A DNA stretch of 64,000 bases from Lepidodermella squamata (Eukaryota > Animalia > Gastrotricha), in assembly GCA_047495785.1 (NCBI GenBank), contig JBLDXI010000042.1, forward strand, positions 1,116,001 to 1,180,000. Reading direction: 5' to 3'. Within the stretch, counting starts at the first letter, position 1, and every line of letters begins with the position of its first letter. Positions 11,708 through 24,177 of the stretch are shown here, in pieces. The notes below the pieces were generated by a model, which saw only the letters and a program-made list of their open reading frames with translations, made no database searches and was not told the DNA's origin. The position numbers were made by a program, and so were the translations under genes.

Positions 11708-13800
11708 GATTTATTTAGTCCTCCTCTCGATCTATACCGTAAAAACGGTTTTGAGGAGGGCGAAGGCAGGCGAAAGATGGAAATCACCCACCCCCACAGT
11801 TATAGTTATCAAATTATAATGAAATTAAAAATAAACCTCAAGGTTTAAGCGCTTTCGAATTTTGAGAAATTGCTTATCCAAAAATGTTTTTTTTCAATTG
11901 CAAACCGATAAGTAAAATTTTGTGATGTTTTGATAGCGATTTTGCCTGCCAATACGGTGTGAAAAAACTTTTGCATTTGGCTTTTTTACTTGCACAATTT
12001 ACCTGCAGCGTGCCATGCTACCTAACATTGTGCCACATTATAATCAGAGACCGTTTAATTTCGATAATTCCAATCAGGCTTGATATGCCCGCTTGATCAT
12101 GAGCACCTTCATTACTAGAACTCGAATCTATGCGCCTTGCCTTTAGAACGTGGGAATTTTCGGCATGTCACTTGTTTCTATGATTTTTTCAACTCTATTT
12201 TCGCACAAATATTAATTTCTAAATATTTCCCGAAAATTCAAAAATTCCTTTTTTCAACCTGGCTAGGTTTTCTCCGAATTTTCCGGTAATTTTTCTCAAA
12301 AACAAATTTTTAATTTTAACCGACCTTGAGGGCTCTTGTTGATCACTAAATACGCAACGGACTTCGAGATTTGGATGGAGCGAGAATGGTTACAATAAAT
12401 ATATAATTTCAGCAATTAATTTCCACCCTAATAACGATGATTTTTGGTAAATTTTGAAAGCAATTATAGGTCACCAAGACACCACCAAGACACTACTTGA
12501 AAATGGCGAAGAATAGCTTAGACAAATTAATTTCATGACAAATAAAAAATCGAAATTAAAGCAAATCAAATTCCTGAAGTTTCCTCTAAATTTTTAAATT
12601 TTGATAAATTTCTAAAAGTTCTGAAAATCTCAAAAAATTCTATATGAAGCAAGCGGGAATAAAGCAAACATTCCACATTGCGCAATATTGCGTTGTTCTT
12701 TACGAAAATAACTTGGTTGGAAAGCATTTCCAAATTTTCCTGAATTTTCCTGAATTTTTAAAGTGAAGTCATCACGCGAAAGAACGCGAAATATTGCTAA
12801 AGTCTTGAAAATTGTGTTTCAAATTTTTGCGCTGAATTTCCGACTGCGTCATTTTCACGACTTCGCAGTTTGGCGTAAATAAAAAAAATCCGCTAAAATT
12901 TAACTTGGCCGATTTTTTTCAACATTTTCGCATGATAAAAACTAAAATCGCCTAATTTAGTTTTTGGTGAAAATTACATCAATTTTTTCAAAATTTTGTT
13001 ATATCCTGATTAATTTGTATAAATTCAGTCTACATGAATTTACACGGTGATTTTCGAGCCAGTATTTCTCATTTTTTACTCCGTGTATTTTCGTGTAACT
13101 ACTCTGATTTCTCCAGAGCCAAAGTTTTCTTGAAATTCCGCGAAATTTCCGATCTTGTAATTTCATGTAAAGTGAATTGCGGCTCGAACTTGAAAATTCG
13201 AGCCGGAGAATGATGGTAATATCGGCTGAATTTTCTAAATTTGTTCTTTTTTTATTCAATCGATCTTCCCACATGAGAATACAACGTCTTTTTCAGGATG
13301 TAAAATCATGTGAGGATATTCCAGTCGGGAAATCGTTCAGCTTCCATTGAAATACATCGAAGAAATAACTGAAGGACGAAAATCCATGAGTTTACATGAC
13401 CGAATTTCAGGGTTTACACGAATATCCATGAGTTTCCTCAGCCGAAAAACGACAAACCCTGTTTTACAACGCTGAATTCCGGATCGCTGAGCTGGTTCCT
13501 GATCTGCTTACATGAAAACACCCAAATAAACTGCTAAATACCTCAAAATACAGGAATTTACAATGTTAATTTACTCAAACTTTTTTGTCCGGGAAGGCCG
13601 ATGTCGCTGCAGCGATTCTCGCTCTGCCTCCCAGCGGCGTGGCTCTCATAGGGCTGACGGGTACTTTTCGCTGGCAGGCCGATAACTCGATCGTCGACAT
13701 GACTTCGCCGTTCTGGGATTCAAACAGCCCAGCGGGTTGGGGGTCTTGTAAGTGAACGTGGTCATTTTTCTAATACGCATCCACAAAAGGGCGCGATGTA

Positions 13801-13900
13801 GGATCCTTATATTCCTTATAAGATTCCTATATTCTTTATAGGATTCCTATATCCTTTACAGGATTCCTATATCCTTTTCATGGTTCCTATATTCCTATAA
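13801..13900. repeat. 20-bp minisatellite x5 (GGATTCCTATATTCCTTATA-like), intronic
   Basis: Five imperfect 20-mers with no spacers. Confidence 0.85.
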
Positions 13901-14988
13901 TGCCCGAACTTATGGGCCCAAATTGTACGATCAAAGTGGTTTCATTTTTCATTCAAGCTTTTCGCCTTGGCCTTGGGAATTTGAGGGCATAGGTTATAGG
14001 ATCCTTGAATTATCAGGTATCAGACCAGAATTTTGCGACTAAAGGGTCCACCAATGGGGGTTTCAACATCGACCTTGTCAACTTGGTGGTATGATACGTA
14101 CCCCGAATCTCTCGGTACTTCGCGCACTGATCCGCAAACTATAGATACTCTTTATAAAACAATTTTTTCCGATTTCCGATGTATTGTTCAGTTTCCTTGC
14201 TCTGCCTTTAGGTCTGGCAATAACTGGAAACGGCTTGGTCGATAAGGACTGTTCGCAACCAGCTGACAGCGCGGTTTGTTACAGAAGTGGCAACGTGAGT
14301 TCTGGAACTTTTTATCGCTTAGCTACACAGATTGCATGCTTAGGATTCTGCAAGTCTCAGGTCTCTTTTCGCGAAAGACCCTGTCGGTAACTGGTCGCAT
14401 GCTTCGGCAAAGTGCATATCGTTAAGCCGGGCGCTTCCAACCGTAACTGACAATGATACGTACAACCGAACCATCAGTATGATGAACGATTTCGGCACAT
14501 TGTACGTTTGGACAAATGGAAAAAGGTCGGATCTGGCTGAGAAAACTTGGATAACAGGCCAGACCTTCGATAGCTCGCTGATTCAAATCGCCGGTAACCC
14601 TGCGCCCAGCGAAACAGAGTACTGTTAGTTTTTCGCCGAACGTTTTCGGTTGCTTTGTATTTGATATATTCTAGGCTACGCGTTGGACAATAATCAGCTG
14701 AAGCAGCAACAATGCTTCAATCTCATCGCTGGATTGTGCGAGCGCATATAAAAATTGATGCGAAATATAACTGCGAGATGTCAAGACTGAAAAATGCTAT
14801 GATTAGCTTTCAACCTCACAATTATACCTTATATCGATTATCATTCCGCGCATTATCAATCAATAAAACGTTTCTGCTATCAATCTGGTAACAATTGGAT
14901 TTTCATTGACCATGGCGGCGTGACACTTTTGAATAGCTGCGGCAGAATTCTTGCAGAATTTTTGATTGTCCATTGTTTGTTTCTACAG

Positions 14989-16120
14989 GATCCAAGCATT
15001 TCTAGGTCGGCATAACACAAGTGTTCGGGCTGAGACGGCCTCTTACGAATCTTTTGTGTCTCTCCCACCTTTGGTTCATCCGTTATACAACGGAAGTCGG
15101 AATTTCTACGACTACGATTTCGCTCTACTGCGATTGATGAGTCCTGTTCCTAGATTCTCGCAGCAGATCAAACCGATTTGTTTACCTGACGTGACAATCA
15201 TGTGCCGAAACAACACTTTCACCGCAAATTCGATAGACCGATGCGATTCAGCGGTTGCAGCTGGCTGGGGTCATTTCGCGCTCAGTTAGACACCATCTTA
15301 CACCACCGCCTTACCACTATTTCGTATTTTAGCCAGGTTATCTGAGATCCCGAGGAAGCTGGAACTTCAAGTTCGATCTTACCGAAATTGTTCACTGGAG
15401 TATTCCCGCGGTCGATCTGATCCGGTCAACATCACCGACTCGAAGATGTGTTTGGCTGCCGATGACAGCGACGTTTGCTTTGGAGATTCTGGAGGCCCGC
15501 TAATGTGCTCGAAATCAAGGCAGATTTACCTACTCGGTATTATTTCGAATGGCGATGAGTCATGCAACGGATACTCTCCGGGAATCTACAGTCGAGTCTG
15601 CAAGGTTGTTGATTGGATTTCGGAGAACTCAGATGTTCGAAGCTACAGGAGTACTCCAGAACAGTCTTGTGCCGTACCGAATGTAACCGCGGGATTTGTG
15701 ACCCGTGTGGACCCAGATACTTCGGAAGATACTGGCTTAGTTCTAAGGCCTGGAGCTGCTGTGGAAAAAGGCGGGTTCGTGAGCGTTAAATGTAACCTTG
15801 GATATACCTACTCATCATCAGTTAATTTTGCCACGTGCATGCCACCATTTCGACCACTGATAAATGGAAGGTGTACCCTTCTAGGTAAGGAAAAGCTCTA
15901 AACATTTACAAGGCATTTGAAACGCGTCCTCTATTGAGGCTGCGTTACTGTTCCAGCGATTCAAAACGGCAACGTATCTCTTGGTCTGTCTAACGTCGGA
16001 GCCACCCGACGTATATTCTGCAACCTAAACTTTGCGATCCGGGGGAATGCTTCCATACTGTGCCGCTCAAATTCGACGTGGTCTCAGCCTGGTTATTGTG
16101 TCTCAAGACTAGGAAGATCT
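14989..16120 (+). pseudogene. Trypsin-like (S1) serine protease lacking its N-terminal part, followed by two sushi/CCP-like domains (exons 14989-15284, 15333-15884, 15939-16120)
   Basis: YDYDFALLRL (Asp102), SDVCFGDSGGPL (Asp189, Ser195), PGIYSRV; then CAVPNV...VSVKCNLGY and CVTVPAIQNG...FCNLNFAIRGNASILCRSNSTWSQPGYC. No His57 (TAAHC) exon, signal peptide or terminal exon found. Confidence 0.75.
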
Positions 16121-17010
16121 GTTAGTTTTGTCTAACCTAGTAGTGTTTCTGGGAACCGGGAAATCAGATCGCAAACCGGCTAAGTCGCGTTTTAAAACTA
16201 GATTTCAGGGGTATTGGTTAGGCCGAGCCAATAGCCTATTTGTGCTTTATTCTTTTACCTTATGATCTAAGTTGAACAAATGAATCAACATCGAATGTTT
16301 CCAAGCCCCACATTGGGCAGCTTCACATTGGCCAGTCGGGCACACCCAGGGGCGCCCGTGGATGAATTAAAGGTTCATTGCCTGGAACTCTTAAGTTGGG
16401 GGTACCCCCGTTACCCCCGTAATTTGCACATTTCAGCATGAAAATGATCATACCCTGTATAGATTCGTGAAATGTACGAGCAGTTGTGGAATGTCACAGC
16501 CGAGACGACTGACGTAGAGCAGGTGCGGCGACTCGTTGCGGAGATCGACGAATCCACTGGCGGCAAGTTCGACCCGAACTGGAGAGTGGAGAGCCGCCAG
16601 CCCATTGATAACAGGGTGATCACTCTGTTCTCTATGTTTTTATCACTTGGTTCATTGCTTAGTTAACGGGATCTCTCAACATCGCAGCAGGTACTTCCTT
16701 GAGTAGTCATTGCGTTATAATCCGAAGCGATAATATTCATTTCAGCCGCTGGGTAAACATCGAGAATTCCATTTCAGCAAACCAGGAAAGGCTCACGAGA
16801 GTACGCGTCATTAAATTCAATTAATTCAAGTAAATTGTGTATGCTTTCGTGCATGTGTATTTTTCTAAAGTCCGGATATTTGACAGGGCATGGATTTGGG
16901 TTGTGTATTTGCTCTGTACCGATCACTAGATAGACATTTCGACTTTCAGCTAAGTTTTAAAAGTAGGGCGTATTTCCCATCCAACAACAGCAGTTGGCCT
17001 CTTCTATGTA

Positions 17011-17115
17011 ATGTATCAGCAACTCATACCATTAATAATTCTTGCAGCGTATTTGAATGCTGGGAGTCTTGACGAGGAGATTCCGTGGTTCCAACCGGAT
17101 GCTCAAGAACCTTAA
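17011..17115 (+). pseudogene. 5' remnant of a channel gene (upstream region from ~16600 plus start of exon 1)
   Basis: MYQQLIPLIILAAYLNAGSLDEEIPWFQPDAQEP*; matches the start of copies D/E and then breaks off. Confidence 0.85.
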
Positions 17116-17728
17116 AGTTGTAACTTGTAACTAAGTGAGTGATCACTTAGTTCAGCTTCACTCCAACCGAAGGCCGACAGTGTTAATTACATGGTATCGG
17201 TCTTGGATGAAAAAAGTAGCAGACGAAAAGTCTGGATGTCGATTTGGTCGTCTTCGAACAGCTCGCCACGCCTGCCTGCCCGCTGAAACGTCCATCTCGG
17301 ACAGTGACTACTGACTACACTCCTGTTGCAGGTTGTAGTACTTTTCCAACATTTATTTCAGCCGCTGAGTAAACATCGAATTCCATTTCAGCAAGCCAGG
17401 AAAGAGGAAAGAGAGGGAGATATGTCCGTGAATACTCATCGCGTTTTAATCCGAAACTACATTCATTTCAGCCGCTGATTAAACATCGAATTCCATTTCA
17501 GAAGCCAGGAAAGACTCACGTGAGTATGCGTCATTAAATTCAATGCATTTAAGTGAAATGCGTATGTTTTCGTGCATGTGTTTTTTTCAAGTCCGGATAT
17601 TTGACAGGATGAAGATCTGGGCTGTGAATTTACTCGGTATCGATCTCTAGATAAACATTTTGCCTTTCAGTTAATTTCTAAAAGTAGGGCGTATTTCCCA
17701 TCTAACGACAGTTAGCCTCTTCTATGTA

Positions 17729-19083
17729 ATGTATCAGCAACTCATACCATTGATAATTCTAACAGCTTATTCGAAAGCTGGGAATCTTGACGAGGAGATT
17801 CCTTTGTTCAACCCGGATGTTCTTGAGTTGAGAGACTTTCTGATTTCAAGATGTCGCCTCGATCAACGTATTCGACCTGTTTCTAATTTCAGCGAAACTA
17901 CGCTCATATATGTATCGGTGGAACCATTTTATTTTCGAGGGATAAACGAAGACGAGCAATCGTAAGATTTGTTCTTTCTTATTTCTATTACCATGAATTT
18001 ACTTGTGTCCCTAGGTTTTCGTTTTATGGCGAGCTTGCTATCAGTTGGATGCACCCATGTGCGGCCTGGCAGCACGTTACGAATTACTCTCATATAAGGG
18101 CCATCGAGTTGAAAGGTTCCGAGACGTGGACTCCTATCTTCACTCATATAAATGCTTTCGAAATGTCGATAATTGAAAGGTTTTTAGCGAAATCTTGGAA
18201 TTGTTGTCTATCAATTTTCCTTTAAGCTTGAGCAAGAGAGCTACAGTTGTGTATTACAAGAATGGCAAAGGTGCAATGTACCTGCAAGGCGCTTACAAGT
18301 CACTTTGTAACCTAAAGTAAGTCAATGTAGTGATTTTTAATTGTTTGAATAAGAGTTGCATTCGGGCTAGGGTCAAGCTTAGTTATGACTTTTTACCACT
18401 TGATTGACTGTGATTCACAATTTGCTTTACGCAGCTTTTTGAACTTTCCCTTCGACAAGCAAACTTGTAGCATGGACATCAAATCTTTCTTCACCACACG
18501 GCTAACGAAATACCTCTTCGAGAATGGGGGCATCGAAATAGTGAAATTTGGCGAATTCATTAACCCGAGCGAAATGTGGCGATTGAATTCATACAACGCC
18601 GGATACATTTTGGACGAAAGCGATAATGGGGAAACAAATTATTCATCACTGCGATTTACCTTTGACTTCGAACGGCGTTACGGATTTCATTTGCTGACAA
18701 TATTTTTCCCAAATATCTGCCTACAACTGGTTCTGATCGCAGCTGGATTCATGCCACCTGAGCACCCCGATCGGCCAACATTTTGCATAACCGTCGTACT
18801 GGCCTATGCAGTTTCGCAATCGAGCATCAGCGAATCCTTACCAAAATCAGCCGAGATACCTTACATTTTGCTATTTCTAGCCGGTCAAATGGCCATTGCT
18901 GTACTTTGCGCCATCTATTGCCTGATTGCTAGCGAGTTAGCCAGCAGGAAGCGGTTTTTACTCATTCAAGCCAATTTCATGAATATCAGCCTCATTCGCC
19001 TGATCGATTGTATCGTGTTCGCAGTCATTCTAATCATCACTGTTTTAACAGATGTCGTTGTGCTTATATTAATGATCCAATAA
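17729..19083 (+). CDS. Cys-loop ligand-gated ion channel subunit, copy D (exons 17729-17961, 18015-18179, 18227-18316, 18435-19083)
   Basis: Cys-loop CNLNFLNFPFDKQTC; same architecture as B and C. Confidence 0.92.
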
Positions 19084-20600
19084 CGATTTTCAATCGCATT
19101 GACTTTAAAACCTATTCTTTAAAAAGGTTTAGCACATTTGACGATTTACTAGAATTTACCTGATAGATGATGCCTTTAGCTAGTTGAGAGGATGAGATTG
19201 CCCCAGTTCTGGACTCCAATTATTATTCATTAGTTCTTTCTCATCATTAGCCAACGCTCGTGCCAGCAAGATAACGTGTCGCACATCATTATAATTCATC
19301 CAATTTGGCGTCCTGTTGGCTATATAAGCCCTAAAGAAATACAATAAAATATCCGAGAGCTTCGATTATTTGATTTTGTCGTTGTTCAGTCTGATAGCCG
19401 TAGTACGAAACCAGGTAAGGGTTATCTACCCTTCACTAGTCACATTGACTGGTGGGTGTTGAATTAAAATTGAAACGGGCTCTCGAGCACATAGACAGTG
19501 AGAACATGATTAGGAATCATTTATCCAGATTTTTCGAAAAAATTCCGAAGAAGCTGGTGGCGAAAGAATCGAGAATTTGCCGAAATTCGCCTATAATAGG
19601 TAATTTTTTGGAATATTGGGGAAATTTATTCTTGCGAGACGATGAGTTGCACCTTGACTCATTTGATGGAGGGCAATCCAGGATTTTCTTTACAAAAGTT
19701 CAATCATTTTGGGAGACCATAATAGCGCTGCCGATTTTCGAAATAAAAATATTTATAAATGCTGACCTCTTGTACCTGTACTTGTAACTCGTTGTTTTAA
19801 CCTTTCAGTTTGTTGGTTCCCTTCTGTAACACCTCAGAATTTTCCACTTTCAGGCAATGTTGTCTTGATCGTTGCTTTTGTCGCCAGAGAGTTGGACGAA
19901 CCAGTTCACGAAAGACGTTTTAAAGTTAAACTGTTAAGCTTGATTTGAATTTTAAACTTCAATCATCGCGAACCCTTGTTCGACCCAGTTATTAAAGTGG
20001 ATTATTACCCACTTGTAGCTTGTAGTATTTAACGTCTGAGCCATAAAATTAGTCGGCCACTGTGTTCACCATTGTTCGCGGATTAAGTCAGACGGGCGGA
20101 TTTTTAAATCACCGCCCGTCTGATTTTTGTCTTAACCCGAGCAATAGATCAACTCAGTGGCCATCTGTTCTGGACAAACATTAAGACAAACCAGAAATAG
20201 ACAAAAATTAACAACAGCAAAACAATAAAGCTTAATACACAACAAAATATTTACATTTACCCCCAATACCGTAACGAGTGGTAACTTTGGACAAAACGTG
20301 TTTTTCGAACATTAAAAATCAGCCTTTGCGCCTAAATTTTTGAAATTTTGGCCAATGGTGGGGACGGTGATTCTTGAATTTACTGCAAATTTTAACAATT
20401 TTTAGAATTTTACCTGACCTTTGGCTAATTCATATGTGTTCCGGTAACTTTAGAGAATTAGAGGGTAATTTTGGACACTCATTTGCATATGCAAAAATGA
20501 ATCACGTGACCAGATAAATGTGTTGAATGAATGCTATGATTAATGGTTGATTGGTTGATTGAAATGTATGTATATGTTGCTCAGAATGGAATTCGATATA

Positions 20601-21930
20601 TTACCGAGTATCGACATGCGTGCAGTGGTTTGCACAACTTGAACAGCTAACCATCAAACTTAGACCATTTTTTAGCAAGAGAGGCTCAAACCGCTGCCAT
20701 GAGTAATGCAACTCGGCATGCGGACTCTCACAGCCGAAAATCTTGATTGTAGTTTCGAACAAAGTCGCTGCCGCCTCGACTATGGCGTCGTGAGTAAATT
20801 CATGCTGATTTCTCATTTTTCTGTCCAACAAGAAGTGGTGAACGTCGTGATACTTAGGAGGGATGAGGTCAACAAAATGCGCGTCGTTTGATTCCATAAA
20901 ATTGCAGATTGCGATTCGAACCTTCAAAGTATGAACAATTAGCATCAAGTCAATTAGCATGAGGACACAGTATCCTTACTTTGTGTTGATGCTTGGTCGA
21001 GCCAGTTATCAACCACGAGAAGGTAGAGAAAAAGCAGTTACCATTACCAATGATTGGAACAATATGTGCAGGAGCTTCACGTAATGCAAGTAAGCCCGGC
21101 GTGTTAGGCCTCTCTTTAACCTCTCCGACGTCTATATTGCTCTTAGCCGCGCATTCAAGCTGCCAATCAAGAGTCACAGAGACAAATTCAATATTTTCAC
21201 CACCAAAATTTCGCTGCGACTCCAACTCCGTATCCTTCTGTTTTTGCTCATCAGCCTTCGCCACAGCCTTGGCTGTTCTGCCATTTTTCTTTGCCAGTTT
21301 ATCATCGTCCTTGGCTGTTTTCGTTTTCTCGCGTTCGATTTTCCTCTCTTTTTTCAGGCGTTTTGCCTCTTCAGCTTCCTCTGCAGCATTCTTGAACCTT
21401 TGATAAGCATCCTCTCCAGTCATGCATTCTCCTTCTGCGAGCACGATTCTTTTCCGTTTACGCCGTGATTCAGCCGGATCTTTTGAATGGGCTATGCTTG
21501 CTTGTAGAGCCTCTTTCACAACTTTCGAAATTCTATTTTCCAAATCATTCTCCGACTGAGAGGCCACAGTTGCTGCCACTCCCAGAAGCGACGCGGCACT
21601 CGCCAATAAAGCGCTGAAGGGCATCTTGGGTTCGTGTTTCTTGTTTCCAGCGTGGAGGTTGCTGGTTTTTACGGCTGACTGTAGAGCTCTGCCAGCCCGA
21701 TTTAGCGCGGAAATCGCAGTGACGCCAACTCGTTCTTTCGATGAGTTCTTCATAAGTCTAATTGACTTGCGTGGTGATGAGCCTGTTTTGATTACTCGCT
21801 CCTCGGCCTGAAAGCTGTCCTCCTCTTCGCCATCGACATCAGACGTCTCCGAGTCTTCCGAATCGGTTTCTTCCTTCTTCCTCACCAGGCCGACAGTGGT
21901 AATTGTCCTATTGGCTGTTGCGCAATTCAT
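20601..21930 (-). CDS. Coiled-coil plus OTU-like cysteine protease domain protein (3' end uncertain)
   Basis: IVPIIGNGNCFFSTFSWLITGSTKHQHK, a GT-AG intron, then VRIAICNFM...VEAAATLFETTIKIF...WQRFEP (OTU pattern); preceded by RKRKRIVLAEGECMTGED plus a K/E-rich coil resembling pogo transposase C-termini. Confidence 0.7.
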
Positions 21931-21964
21931 TTCTAGTGTTAATTTATAGGAATTGTATTTTGAA

Positions 21965-22246
21965 ATGAAACTTTGTCTTTGGCTGTTATTTTTCTCGGTC
22001 CTCGCTGCTGGCGAAAGCAAGAAGACAGTTCGGAAGAATGCCAAAGTAGCCGACGATAATTTGAACCGAGCCCTGGAACGTATCAGTAGAGGAGTGTTAT
22101 CGTACCGTCAGGCGGCCTTACGATTTAAGATAGGCAAATCGACGCTGTATAACAAGGCTAACAATTTACATTCAAGGTCTATTGGCGGGAAGCGAGCATT
22201 GAGTGACAAAGAAGAGGCAAGCCTCGTTCAAGCGTTCAAGCGATAA
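21965..22246 (+). pseudogene. Pipsqueak-type HTH, N-terminal fragment of a pogo-like transposase
   Basis: DNLNRALERISRGVLSYRQAALRFKIGKSTLYNK...GGKRALSDKEEASLV, then a stop. Confidence 0.75.
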
Positions 22247-22254
22247 AGGCGGGT

Positions 22255-22623
22255 TTGGAATTTTTTATTGTTGCCTCCGGCAAATGTTTTTTTTCGGCGC
22301 CACTCATCGAGGCCAAGGATAACAGTGACAGGTCGGTGCTGATGATTGCGGCTAAAAAAGAACAGTTAGAAGTAGTTCGACTGTTGCTGGATCGAAAAGC
22401 TGCAATCGAAGCCAAGGATATAGATAGTTGGACAGCGTTGATGTATGCGGCTGCATTTGGGCAAGTCGAGGTAGTTCGAATGTTGCTTGACAGAGGTGCA
22501 AATAAGGATGCCGTAAAATCAGATGGCAAGACAGCTCTAGATATTGCTATTTGCGAAAACAAAATAGCTATAACAGACTTGCTGAGATCGCGAGGAGCAA
22601 GCCGAGCAAAGTCATCTTGTTGA
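22255..22623 (+). CDS. Ankyrin-repeat fragment (three repeats; no ATG start identified)
   Basis: IEAKDIDSWTALMYAAAFGQVEVVRMLLDRGANKDAVKSDGKTALDIA. Confidence 0.8.
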   Translation: MEFFIVASGKCFFSAPLIEAKDNSDRSVLMIAAKKEQLEVVRLLLDRKAAIEAKDIDSWTALMYAAAFGQVEVVRMLLDRGANKDAVKSDGKTALDIAICENKIAITDLLRSRGASRAKSSC

Positions 22624-24177
22624 AATTAGTGCAATCACGCAGATCAATAACTTATATTACCAAATGCATAATAAAATGTTCCCTCTCTCGCCTTCAAGAA
22701 ATTGTGTGTCTTTCAGGAGGGGATCGTCACCCCTAGCTCGGCAGGGCCAGACAACAAACCTCTTTCTTCGGTTTCTTCGCTCGGTATCTAGTTAAAACCA
22801 CTAGTCATCTTTTCAAATAGGGCAAACAAATTTTGTCCATCCTTGGCAGCTCCTGGATCCAAGATCGCACCCTGTCTTCGAACAAAAAGCTGGAAAAATC
22901 CCTGTTGGTGAGGGAAAACAATATGCAACGGGTATCATTCGAGAACCATGAGAGGGCGGAAGATTTTCGCTATTCCGGCCTTATGTCTTCTTCAAAGTCA
23001 TTTAAAGAGGAGACAGCTAGGGATGCAATCAAAAAACTTGAAATCTCGGATGCCGCTAAACCAAGATCTTTCCGCCTGTTTTAATTCAAATTCGCTTTGG
23101 AGAGGGATAAAAGGATAATATACAGGGTGCGAAGTACAAGGGTGCTGGGGTGTCGCAACACCCCATAGCTCCGGGACTCCAACCAGGAGTAGGCTGAAAA
23201 ATCTACAGGGGGACCCAGTAAACATCTCAATTCCCTGATCCTACTTCGCACACTGAGAGGGACAGTAGTTTCAAATTCGGACGATATTTGAATTTTTGAG
23301 GACCCCGGATTTGTGAATATCCTGATGTGTCGGGATTTTTTTGATTTATCAGATTGAATGATTTGATTTGATGGATTTAGTTCCGTGAAAGTGGGACATT
23401 GATTGATTTTGATTGATTGAAGGGGTTCAGTGATTTAAGCCATAAATCAAATCCAAAGCTCTCTGCTTAAATTACCGTATAAAGTGGAATATAAGTGAGA
23501 ACTTGTGTTGCAAGGCATTTGAAATAATTGAAGAGAAGGGTTTTCGGACCGTTAAAAAGTCCTTTATAATATTCCGGTATATATGGTACGATACATTATG
23601 GTTTTGATAGAAGAAAAAGCTGACCGATTGCGGCGTGTTCGAACATTATCTCGCTACTGGTCACGCCTGGTCACGCCTGCACCTGCCCGATTAAACTTTT
23701 CTATCTCAAACAGTGGCTAAACTTGTGCTGCCGCACTCAGCCAAAAATTGCGACTGAGCTTATTACCCATTGATAACAGGATGATCACTGCGTTCTCCAT
23801 GTTTTTAAGTTAACGGTTTTAAAACTTGTTTCATTGCTCAGTTAACGGGATCTCTCAGCATCGCAGCAGGTACTTCCATGAGTATTCATTGCCTTATAAT
23901 CCAATAATGCGATAATATTCATTTCAGCCGCTGAGTAAACGAGAATTCCATTTCAGCAAACCAGGAAAGACTCACGCGTCATCAAATTCAATTGATTTAA
24001 GTTATCTGTGCATGTTTTCGTGCATGTGTTTTTTCCGAAGTCCGGATATTTGACCGGGCATGGATTTAGGTTGTGTATTTGCTCGGTACCGATCACTAGA
24101 TAGACATTTCGACTTTCAGTTAATGTTTACAAGTAGGACGAATTTCCCATCTAACTACAATTAACCTCTTCTACGTA

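Larger units (their letters stand above)
8369..13593. mobile_element. 5.2-kb TIR DNA transposon, apparently non-autonomous (CMC/EnSpm-like by termini and TSD)
   Basis: Perfect 17-bp TIR CCCGGACAAAAAAGTTT / AAACTTTTTTGTCCGGG with a 2-bp AA duplication; AT-rich interior; no transposase ORF seen. Confidence 0.85.
7019..14751 (+). pseudogene. Secreted protein: five 4-Cys repeats plus two C-type lectin domains; the first CTL exon is interrupted by a transposon
   Basis: ATG 7019 with signal peptide MNCGFKIVIATAALVGVVEC; eight short GT-AG introns keep frame to 8368. Removing 8369-13593 and one AA restores ...CAENGGRLATMQTKADVAAAILALPPSGVALIGLTGTFRW...; downstream exons (14212-14294, 14344-~14623, ~14675-14751) finish CTL1 and encode CTL2. 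Confidence 0.8.
20267..22623. mobile_element. Rearranged pogo/Tc1-mariner-like segment carrying OTU, psq-HTH and ankyrin coding sequence (right boundary uncertain)
   Basis: Left end TA-CCGTAACGAGTGGTAACTTTGGACA resembles a pogo-type terminus, with a subterminal repeat at ~20463; psq-type HTH inside; no matching right TIR found. Confidence 0.5.

Noticed and set aside
13801-13900. Regularly spaced short repeats as a CRISPR array
   Set aside because: Contiguous 20-mers without unique spacers, inside a eukaryotic intron, with no cas genes.
16472-16666. Short coding-looking ORF as a continuation of the protease-sushi gene
   Set aside because: No recognisable domain, and it runs into duplicated non-coding channel upstream sequence.
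21965-22012. Signal-peptide-like MKLCLWLLFFSVLAAG before the psq HTH, suggesting a secreted DNA-binding protein
   Set aside because: Could be chance hydrophobic sequence; an out-of-frame ATGCCAAAG at 22038 suggests a frameshifted transposase start instead.
24111-24119. TTTCAG upstream of channel ATGs as a trans-splice acceptor
   Set aside because: Present before D, E and the remnant but not B or C; cannot be supported without transcripts.
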